Shown here: positions 51,701 through 64,000 of the stretch, piece after piece | How positions within the stretch are numbered: the first letter of the stretch is position 1 | Layout: each line of letters begins with the position of its first letter | Source: Antedon mediterranea | Taxonomy: Eukaryota > Animalia > Echinodermata | Length of the DNA: 64,000 nt | Reading direction: 5' to 3' | Assembly: GCF_964355755.1 (NCBI RefSeq) | Contig: NC_092680.1 | Location: 3,658,001 to 3,722,000 of the forward strand | Position numbers and translations under genes: made by a program | Notes under the pieces: model-generated | What the model was told of the DNA's origin: nothing | The model's input: the letters and a program-made list of their open reading frames with translations, nothing else | Databases searched by the model: none

Positions 51701-52086
51701 GATATAGTAACAAAGTATCAATTGTAATGTATTGATATTATTAGGTCAATATAGTGTGGTATAATGCTTTACGTATTAATATTCTAACCAGTACTTTAAT
51801 GTGTTGCTATTATTTATTTATTCATAAGTTTGCATGCAACAGTTTAGTTTAAAGTTTGAAATTTAGCATTTATTATTAATGCTAAGCGATTAATTCTTTT
51901 GTTTAGTAAGGCTTAAAACATCCTTGATCGTTGTCATACTTAAACCTTATATGGTCCTTTAATGGTACTTACGTGTTCTTCTCGATCAATAGCTGCTTTC
52001 ATTTCAGTCTCAGCATTATCCTTTGCATCCACAGCTGAGTCCCTCTCATTTTTGATAGCAATCATCTTCTTCTTGATGGTATCCAT
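15684..52086 (-). CDS. TPM: Tropomyosin gene, alternatively spliced; canonical long isoform 284 aa, short isoform 242 aa
   Basis: Exons 1a(114 nt)+2(126)+3(134)+4-I(46)+4-II(72)+5(71)+6/7(139)+8(70)+9(83) = 855 nt = 284 aa plus stop. Motifs MDTIKKKM, LNRRIQLL, RKVLENRS, DRKFEEV.RKL, ELERTEERA, ETRAEFAERS. Intron phases match the conserved tropomyosin pattern. Confidence 0.95.
17495..17807. mobile_element. ~310-bp TIR element nested inside a family-A MITE
   Basis: TACTTGGGGTAC (17495-17506) ... GTACCCCAAGTA (17796-17807). Family-A sequence lies on both sides. Confidence 0.65.
17901..17983 (-). CDS. TPM: Tropomyosin alternative (proximal) exon 9
   Basis: ttccag| (D)DLEKEQKKYEAAKQELDNLLLEVNAM*, 83 nt, same length and phase as the distal exon 9. 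Confidence 0.88.
21243..21577. repeat. Minisatellite, 49-bp unit, ~6.5 copies
   Basis: TATGTAACTTCTATTCTGTGTGTGAATCATACCTATAGATATAGTAATC in tandem. Confidence 0.9.
23204..23273 (-). CDS. TPM: Tropomyosin exon 8
   Basis: SETRAEFAERSEKTIRVTIDQLE, 70 nt, AG/GT. Confidence 0.95.
23356..25372. mobile_element. ~2.0-kb non-autonomous DNA transposon (hAT-like termini, 7-bp TSD)
   Basis: Perfect 17-bp TIR TAGGTATCCCAATGAAA / TTTCATTGGGATACCTA; CATTAAT directly flanks both ends; no long ORF inside. Confidence 0.85.
25788..25926 (-). CDS. TPM: Tropomyosin exon 6/7 (vertebrate exons 6 and 7 as one exon)
   Basis: KVQELTEETSLLQNQVKELSRAEETASEKEDMFEKKIKELSSKMTE, 139 nt (76+63). Confidence 0.92.
26600..27030. 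repeat. Degenerate tandem repeat
   Basis: Recurrent ACCAATATGGCACTTGGACA..AATGGTGGTCATGTTTAAATGGAAATATTGG units. Confidence 0.75.
27463..27533 (-). CDS. TPM: Tropomyosin exon 5, conserved copy
   Basis: VQRKLTVTEGELERTEERASQAE, 71 nt, phase 0 to 2. Confidence 0.95.
27866..27936 (-). CDS. TPM: Tropomyosin alternative exon 5, divergent copy (probably mutually exclusive)
   Basis: ctag|..|gtgag, 71 nt, phase 0 to 2. VSNKNKILEAENDRYDQQLSVAK aligns without gaps to the conserved copy (7/23 identities). Confidence 0.75.
28263..28436. mobile_element. MITE family B (Harbinger-like). Others: ~11531-11668, 35052-35192, 41118-41606 (interrupted), 44248-44447, 56271-56516, 56520-56698
   Basis: TIR AGC(T/G)TGGTTCCCACTAG / CTAGTGGGAACCAAGCT with TAA flanks. 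The 56520-56698 copy is a near-identical reverse complement of this one. Confidence 0.85.
28835..28906 (-). CDS. TPM: Tropomyosin exon 4, second part
   Basis: IASLEEQVQKLKEIAEETDRKFEE, 72 nt. Confidence 0.93.
29136..29181 (-). CDS. TPM: Tropomyosin exon 4, first part
   Basis: (R)MRKVLENRSNTDDEK, 46 nt; 46+72 = 118 nt, the length of vertebrate exon 4. Confidence 0.93.
29775..29900 (-). mobile_element. Degenerate tRNA-derived SINE fragment
   Basis: Minus strand has B-box GGTTCGATTCC followed by TCCTTGGACAAGATACT, an arrangement typical of tRNA-SINE heads. Confidence 0.45.
35459..35592 (-). CDS. TPM: Tropomyosin exon 3
   Basis: AELERDNLNRRIQLLDTEYEKASERVTSQTSKVEELEQRVEESD(R), 134 nt. Confidence 0.95.
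36609..36803. repeat. Minisatellite, 17-bp unit, ~11 copies
   Basis: GGGATGTCCCCTGAATA in tandem; it accounts for ORFs 36574..36807 and 36603..36854. Confidence 0.92.
37813..38100. mobile_element. Degenerate MITE with ~45-bp imperfect TIRs
   Basis: AAGGGCAACAGATAAGTGCTCATCCTTAAAAACCAAT ... ATTGGTTTTTAATAGAATGAGCACTTATTTTTTGCCCTT. Confidence 0.6.
39848..40735. mobile_element. ~890-bp non-autonomous PIF/Harbinger-like element
   Basis: TAA-GGGTCTGTTTCTGCTGA ... TCAGCAGAAACAGGCCC-TAA; subterminal TAATCG(G/A)TT repeats at both ends. Confidence 0.8.
41213..41549. mobile_element. Young MITE with ~53-bp perfect TIRs nested in a family-B MITE
   Basis: TAA-TGCACTTGTCAATTGTATGACCCACTATACGACCCCCGGGAGAGGTGCGTCAT ... 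exact reverse complement-TAA. Confidence 0.88.
42034..42147 (-). CDS. TPM: Tropomyosin alternative first exon 1b (short isoform)
   Basis: ACCATGG start; MENIKKKISSLKNENEALQTKVDDLSRKLTEETEKTEA|gtaagt, 114 nt, phase 0 into exon 3. Confidence 0.92.
43184..43226. promoter_or_regulatory. MCAT + CArG + CRE cluster (candidate SRF/TEAD enhancer)
   Basis: CATTCCT 43186-43192, CCATATTAGG 43204-43213 and TGACGTCA 43219-43226 within ~40 bp, ~1 kb upstream of exon 1b. Confidence 0.6.
43953..44078 (-). CDS. TPM: Second copy of tropomyosin exon 2 with a non-canonical (AA) acceptor; cryptic or pseudo-exon
   Basis: 126-nt open frame TCQELTDSQAVNRGLVLDLEDAAFQLNEAKYEANKAESRAVT, strong donor GTAAGT, preceded by CCCTTGTTCTTTCGATGTAA. 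Confidence 0.6.
45112..45470. repeat. Minisatellite, ~41-bp unit, ~8 copies
   Basis: AATGGAGTGAAAGAAAAACGTAAAAGAAGATTCAGAGCAAC in tandem with variants. Confidence 0.88.
46752..46877 (-). CDS. TPM: Tropomyosin exon 2
   Basis: ttttccag|AQEEIKELQARVKQIEQDHDEATEKLTNAEAELEVTKKGQAD|gtaagt, 126 nt. Confidence 0.93.
51973..52086 (-). CDS. TPM: Tropomyosin first coding exon 1a
   Basis: GCCATGG start; MDTIKKKMIAIKNERDSAVDAKDNAETEMKAAIDREEH|gtaagt, 114 nt. Confidence 0.95.
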
Positions 52087-52319
52087 GGCTTAAGTTTTTT
52101 TTTACGGGATGATACTTCCTGGAGAAACAAAAAACTAAATGAAAAGAAGCAGACGTGAGCAAGAGACGAGACGAGGAGCGGACAACCAACGCGAGAATGC
52201 TCGACTGAAAGAGATAAAGATGTAACGGAAGACCAAACTAGATATGGGATAGCAGAGAGGAATTTTGTGGGTGTTGGAAAGGACCAAGAAATAACATTAG
52301 GCTAGGTCACAAGACACGG

Positions 52320-52435
52320 CTCAGCCAATAAGAGTAGCGTATACCGCATTCAACAAGAATTCTCGGTATGACGTATGTTTCAAGATGAGCAACTCTGATT
52401 CGCTGTCGGGACCCATATGCGCCCTCCTTATTTGG
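52320..52435 (-). promoter_or_regulatory. Probable exon-1a promoter region with CArG box
   Basis: CCTTATTTGG at 52426-52435, CCAAT ~52325, TGACGT ~52369; a second CArG CCTTATATGG at 51945-51954 just inside intron 1. Confidence 0.55.
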
Positions 52436-53921
52436 TTCCTGCTGGAAGGTTTACTTCATCTATCTTAAGAAAATCCCTTTAAAATATACATTTACTTTAT
52501 AAATATCGACATTAACACGTCAGGGTGAAAGGTATACACACAAAAGTTACCAACTGGTGTAAATATAGGCTTAATATTAATATTGAAATTCGTATAATAT
52601 TATACAACTATGGGATTATATTGATTAGATTATGTAAAATATTGCTTGTAGAAAACCTGGTCACGACGATCCCAGTAGGCGAGAAGCTGTCACAAGAATC
52701 AATGAAGGCTTTATATACTACACATTTACTATTAGAGTTCTGCTTGCCAAGTTTTTTGCCATTTTGATTGATACAAACGTTTTACCTTTGTCAATGAATG
52801 AATCAAATGGATTGTATGCCGGTTGTGAAGATGAGTTTATCCTGCAAAAATATTATGTCCTCCTTTAAAGTTACTTTGTCACTCACTTTATGTATTTGGT
52901 TATCAATTTTTGGCACACACCACCATAGTGCAGCTGAATAAATTAATCCCCCGGGAAAATAACAGCGAAACAAAAATATAACATCACTTTGTATACCAAG
53001 TTTGATATTGATAATATTGTAATTATTTTTTAAACAACCCTTATTGCATTCAATTAACAATATTATTTTCAACAAAAATTAATGTCATAAATAATTTGTA
53101 TAGATTAATTTAAGAATTAAGAAAACTTGCCTCATTCTTTAAAATGATAGTAATTCAAATTATAATTTTGTGTAATAGTATTATATTTATTATTTGTCTG
53201 AATTCAAAGAATGATCAGTAGGCCTAACACGCATGGGGTTGTGGCTGACAGTAGAGGAATATTTTCCGCTTTAAAATCTCCTTATTTGCATAATGACAGC
53301 GAATTAAGAGACGTAGTTATCAGATACAAACTTATTATTAATGACATCAATCAAGATTTTACTACTGACTAAAATCATCAATGAATTGGTACTAAATTTC
53401 TACACATTCGAATTCAGAGAAAACAGCATTCTAATGTAATGTAATATATGTATTGAAAATGTGAAAATGAAAATGTGATGTGCCCATATATGGACACGAT
53501 GATGTCATATCACTACCATATTTAGGCATATCACTACCATATATGGGCACATCACACTAGTTTGATAGTGTAGACAGAGCTTTAGAAAAACAAGGTTTCC
53601 TGTTGGAAATATCTTACCAAATAAAACAAAATATTAAAAAAAACTGTAGTGTTACAATGAGGATTAACAGTCAAACTAGAATTTAACCGAAATAACTAAT
53701 TAACGCTGTCATCCATTTAAAATAAGTTTGATAAATCATGTATGATACCACTTTCGGGTTAAATCAAAATCGTAAGGCATTTAATGAACAGGCATATAGG
53801 CCTACTGTCATTAAAAAAAAGTCTGATGATAAATATGTATATCTACCGTCCAAATCATTGTTAATAATGAATTAATAACACGTTGAGAGGATAACTTTTA
53901 TAGCATCATTTGCTGAATGGG

Positions 53922-54302
53922 TATAAAGATTGATTTAATATGAGCCTACTACCGTATTCCACAATAGCACCCATGCTGTATGTATATATTATAAAGATTG
54001 ATTTAATATGAGCCTACTACCGTATTCCACAATAGCACCCATGCTGTATGTATATATTATAAAGATTGATTTAATATGAGCCTACTACCGTATTCCACAA
54101 TAGCACCATTGCTGTATGTATATATTATAAAGATTGATTTAATATGAGCCTACTACCGTATTCCACAATAGCACCATTGCTGTATGTATATATTATAAAG
54201 ATTGATTTAATATGAGCCTACTACCGTATTCCACAATAGCACCCATGCTGTATGTGTATATTATAAAGATTGATTTAATATGAGCCTATACTACCGTATT
54301 CC
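53922..54302. repeat. Minisatellite, 68-bp unit, ~5.5 copies
   Basis: TATAAAGATTGATTTAATATGAGCCTACTACCGTATTCCACAATAGCACCCATGCTGTATGTATATAT in tandem. Confidence 0.92.
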
Positions 54303-57300
54303 AGAATATTTAATATTCACGATTGAATTTCATTACACCACTCAGCGGGCACTCGTACTGACCCGGTCATACCTCCTTATGTGACAACAACACTGACATT
54401 ATTCCTGTATCGCTAGCTGACAGTCCATCGACAAATGTCATGAATGTATTGGTATGCAAGTTATTCGGTGTCACACTGAGTTTTTGTTGCACTTTGAATG
54501 ACGTAGAAGAGAGCCTTGTTATGAGCAGCACATACTTTTCAGAGTCGAGCGGAAAAAGTGGGGGGGGGGGGGGAACAATGCATGGGTACGGGGTCTCTTT
54601 TTTAAGGGACAGTCCAATTATCGGCTTTTCCTTTTAAAAAAAGTATAAAGGAATTTCTAGTTTATGGTTAATTGAAATGTCGTATATATTGGCCCGGGGC
54701 CTAATATTTATATATTCATCACTTGGACCAAAAAAGTGAAAGCTTCTTATTAATACAAAGGTGTCCCCTGAATAAGAGTTGACTGTAAGTGTATTTCACT
54801 TGGTTACATGAATCCTGTTCCCTTAATAGTGGTATTCTACTCAGAAGGAGTTCTATTGTATTTAACAGCCGGGTGGTGTGTGTTGCTTATCCAACAAAAT
54901 TAATTGTAATCTTTATAATAAAGGAAATTAAATCGTTAAAGAATATGCAAAGAAGCTTATTATTACGTACGGAATATCGTAGGCCTATGTGCTCCATTTC
55001 CAGACTGAACAAAAACGGAAACTAACGATCATGTCGTCACCGGTATAGTATATAAGTATAATTGTTATTTTTACATTGAGCCTGTGATATCAGTCAGTCG
55101 ACATTTATAGCACATAACTTTATAACATAACTTACAACATTAATAATAATTGGGTCATATCGGTTGTAAATCACTAAATGGTTGCAGACTAAGTAGAACG
55201 ACATTGATTTGAACAACAATGTATTTAATTGTGTTCATTCATTTCCCCATCCTGTAATATCGCCTGGTGAGGAGACGAAAGAGTGGGTAAATGAGGTGGG
55301 GTGTCGTGTATTAAGGGTTATCCACGTCATTAATTGAAATTGGACCACACTTTTAAGTTTAATGAGTCTATTACCTTAATTCGATATAATTTAATTTGAA
55401 AGGATATTCATTTGTAGAGACACGTTTTGAAATTTCCATATATGGGCATAGGTCTTGAGTCTCTTTCGCTTTTGTTTAGCACAATAACTTAGGCCTAGAC
55501 CATAACAATGCAATTCATTTAATTGTTGTGTATGTTACAATAGTATTACTATAATTCATTCGTTGATCATTTTATTTTGAACTCATTTATGGAAATAAAT
55601 AGAATTTGAATGATTCTTCTGAGTTTGCTGAAAATCTCAATGAAACTTCCGTCACTCTATCAGAAGAATGTGTTGGATAATTGTCCATAGGAATCGTACA
55701 TTACGTAATTAACATAATCCATTGTTGAATGCTGCTGTTACCTCTGTAGCTTGGCCATCTCATCATTCTTTCTTCAAGTTATCGAATCATTCGATTCAAT
55801 CTTAATTAATCGAAATATAATGAATGACAGTAATGATGACTGATGATTAAGGAAAGGTGCGCATGCGTGGCAAATCAAGTGTTGTTTGTTGTTAAGGAGG
55901 GCTAGGCAATGTTAAGTGTAGGGATTGACTATAGCATCTTTGTAGGGGGTTTAATATTACTACCGGTAATATTATCATTGTTGTTGGCTGCCCTTCGATA
56001 TGATATTGTGACATCTAAGTTACGGTTATAGGGAATAGATGCATAGTTAGCGATACGATCAAGGAATATAGTTTTTGGAGAGATGGTCATCTCCATATTC
56101 TAAATTCCAAAAATCCAGATGCTCTTTCCAGATCCAACATTTACACCTCTCTATTCCAGATTTGGCCTGCAATACTTCCCTAGACTTATTCCACCATTAA
56201 ATAATGAACAACCGACCCATTACTGATTTCGTATTCGAATATAGGGCCCAGAGAGGTTTTTTCGCACACAAGCTTGGTTCCCATTAGGACGCAACACAGG
56301 GACGTAAACGCAAAACAAGGACGTAAACGCAATGCAAGTGTGTTGATGACAAATGACAAGCGACAGTTCGAATAATCCATCGCTTGTGATTGGTCAACTC
56401 ACTTACGTTGCGTTACGTTATTGTATTGCGTCTCTTTAACGGAAGAGACGTAACAAATGCAACAATCGTAACAAACGTTAGCATTTCCAAATCTTACGTC
56501 GACAGGAAACCAGGCTTTAAGCTTGGTTCCCACTAGAACGTAACGCAAGGACGTAAACGCAACGCAAGCGTTTTAACCAATGACAAGCAAAGTTATAGAC
56601 AGTTAGCAATCACAAGCGAATAAGCCATTGCTTGTGATTGGTCAATTCACTTGCGTTGCGTTACGTCCTTGCGTTGCGTCGCTAGTGGGAACCACGCTTA
56701 ATGGGAACCAAGCATTAGGAGCCTATAACAATAATAAAAATACCATAACTTATGATGAATATCAGTAGGGCCCAGTAAGTGTAGGCCTACCATATTACTG
56801 TTTATTTAAAGACCAACCAGAACGGATGTTCCCAATCCAGTATCGGAAATGAGTTGGCCTATGTGTCCCTACAATATTCTACAGTTCAAGTTAAGTCACT
56901 ATGAAATTAAACTTACCGCAATAGTTAGTTCAGTGCTGGGTTAGTAGGCCTATATGTCCCTTATATTGCAAACAATTTTGCTTATAACTCGTTTTTCCTG
57001 ACTCAAATATGAAAGGCCAGCTCACACTATGAGACTTTTGTATAACTTTGGACAAGTATACAAGAATCAAGACCCGTAGCGAACAACAAAAGTATTTTAA
57101 GAAAACCCTGGTATTACAAGAGAGACTACGAATTATGACGTAAGCTTATTTAAAACGATACAGTACGAGCGGTAATGGTAGGCGGAAAATTGCGTAGCTT
57201 TTCTCACGTAGAATGTCATCTATCCTGAGCGGAAACCGTCTGTCCGCTCCGCGTATGGTCATAAGGACTAACATAGATTCTATATTTTGTATTACTTTAA

Positions 57301-59014
57301 ATGTCTGTGTATCTTTAGCAATCGTTGTATAGCTTTTATATTTCTAATAACAGGATAATTTAATATATCTACTCCGAAGTAGAGCTTGCGTGAGGGAGCT
57401 AAATAATTGGACGAATGTTTTGCCCCATTCTAGAGGTCGTGCGTTGGTCTGACCAGTAAATTAAACAAGTAAAAACACTTTTTATAAACTTTTTTTTTTA
57501 AATATGAAAATGAAGAATCGCAAAAATTGTAGATGAAGAATTACCAACTCAACACCTCATGCATGCATATTTATGACATAAAGATTAGAATGACGTAATA
57601 TGAAGCACTATAAGAATATATCATTGACAGCTGTTCGTACAGCAGTAGTGTATTTTGTGGCGTAACGGTTATTGCTCTGGTTCGAGTACTGCCAGCAAGG
57701 AGACATATAAGTCAGTTGTAGGATCTTTTGTGTAAAGCTCTGTCTACAATATGAAACTACTAGTACAGCAGTTGACAAAAACAATGTGACGTGCCCAAAT
57801 ATGGTAGTGATATACCCAAATATGGTACTGACATCGTGTCCATACGAGAACATCACATTTTTGTAAATTGATAGTGTAGACAGAGCTTAATATACAACAT
57901 TAAAAAATTCAAACAGAAATAAAAATGTATAGCTACTACATAAACACTGTCTTTATTCTATTCTAACAGAATACAAGAGAGTAGCACATTGGTATCACCT
58001 TATAACCTGTCATTTAAAAAACCCAAGTCAATCGCTTATTATTATTCCAAGGTGAAAAAAACTGTCAATGTATATACCAGGTAAAGGCAACAGTGTAGAG
58101 AGAGTGCCCTCTAACAAAATCCTTCATTCTCAATTTGCAATGCTTTATTTTTTTGATTACATAATACAGTAGTTCACAAATTACTATTACAGTCAGAAAA
58201 ATTGTAAAACGCAACCACAAATTTTGATGCAAGCTCCAATAGACCGATAGATTCAATATTGTAATGAACTATATACCCAGAGTGGGCTTACATTCGAGTC
58301 TGTGCACTATATAAAATACAATGGAATTTATCCACATAAATATTTTGCATGAAAAGTATTCAATATTGTAATGAAATATATACCCCAGAATGGGCTTACA
58401 TTTGAGTATGTGCAATATGTAATCTATATTCAAAACATGCTTAAACAGTATTTTATAGCATATTTAACAAAGCAATCAAACGAAATGATACTACAACAAC
58501 GATATCACAGTTTAAATTTTAAAAGCAACTATTCTATTAACTATTATATTCTTAACTGTTAACTGCAGTTTTTTCTTTTGAGAATAAAAAGCAAAAAAAG
58601 GTTAACATTTAATTTAACAAAACAATTACATATTTTATTTCATGATAGGTTTGAAAGAAAACTCTACACCACCCAATGGCAATGAAGAAAATAACATTCT
58701 TATCGTTAATATTCGATAAAATAATTGACGAAAATGTGTTCAACACCAAAGAATAACTAATATTGACATATTTATTAGTCTTATTTCATAAAAAATATTA
58801 TTTCAAAAAAAAAAAAGAAGTGAAAATAAATGGCTGACATTAATAAATGCGCATTTCTATTCTTTTCTAAAACCAAGATTTATAAAAATGTAAATAAAAT
58901 ACAAAATTGAATTCTACTAAATCACTGTACAGGGTAAAGGTAAGAAATAAAATATCTTTAAACTTGGTTTTCGCGAGTTTTCTTAATTTATCTATATCCA
59001 TGGCAATGGTTTGT

Positions 59015-63352
<4,338 letters not shown>

Positions 63353-63635
63353 CTAAAAACACAAAAAAGTATGTCCAGCAACATTAATACAAATCCACAA
63401 GCCGACAATCTATGGTATGGTTATACCAAAACTAACTTAAATCATTTGTATTATAAGCAATTTAAATTCAGAACATAAATGACTTATTTTATTGAACGGT
63501 ATATTTTAAGTAGTATGATTTCATGCACTAAATACAAAATAAACATTATAAATTAATAATGAAGATCAGCATAATAACACATGGTCTCCTTGCTAAGATC
63601 ATATGAAACTTGCACACCTGTAGCTGGTCACATTT

Positions 63636-64000
63636 GGGATGTATTGGGGTTGCATTGTGTAGCTTCTATTAGGAGGTGGACTACCTTTGTGGGATGGGGT
63701 CTTTAATTGTTGTATTACACAGGGATGTATTGGGGTTGCATTTTGTAGCCTCTATTAGGAGATGGACTACCTTTGTGGGATGGGGTCTTTAATTGTTGTA
63801 TTACACAGGGATGTATTGGGGTTGCATTTTGTAGCTTCTATTAGGAGATGGAATACCTTTGTGGGATGGGGTCTTTAATTGTTGTATTACACAGGGATGT
63901 ATTGGGGTTGCATTTTGTAGCCTCTATTAGGAGATGGACTACCTTTGTGGGATGGGGTCTTTAATTGTTGTATTACACAGGGATGTATTGGGGTTGCATT
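63636..64000. repeat. Minisatellite, 86-bp unit, more than 4 copies, runs off the window
   Basis: GGGATGTATTGGGGTTGCATT..GTATTACACA units starting at 63636, 63722, 63808, 63894, 63980. Confidence 0.92.

Noticed and set aside
53922-54302. Possible CRISPR-like array (also 21243-21577, 45112-45470, 63636-64000)
   Set aside because: Head-to-tail units with no unique spacers, no cas genes, and a eukaryotic context.

Overview
AT-rich, intron-containing animal genomic DNA, probably a marine invertebrate deuterostome such as an echinoderm (inferred from gene content and 5S sequence, not proven). It is not prokaryotic, so the ORF track mostly shows exon fragments or noise. Reading splice sites by hand gave five genes: the 3' part of UBAP1 (+, 170-2649), a 4-exon Rv2258c-like SAM-dependent methyltransferase (-, 4960-7482), LRRC61 (-, 10995-13841), a ~36-kb alternatively spliced tropomyosin gene (-, 15684-52086; the canonical path is exactly 284 aa) and the 3' part of ZFR (-, 59015-63352). 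Introns are crowded with MITEs (several Harbinger-like families, some nested), a 2-kb element with a 7-bp TSD, a 5S-rRNA-derived element and several minisatellites. The most unusual signals are in tropomyosin: (i) an intact 126-nt second copy of exon 2 whose acceptor is AA instead of AG; (ii) a duplicated 71-nt exon 5 that starts with AG|GTGAGT, a recursive-splicing signature; (iii) an abundant MITE carrying CArG (SRF) boxes, alongside non-repeat CArG/MCAT/CRE clusters near both tropomyosin first exons. All coordinates were read manually and no database searches were run.
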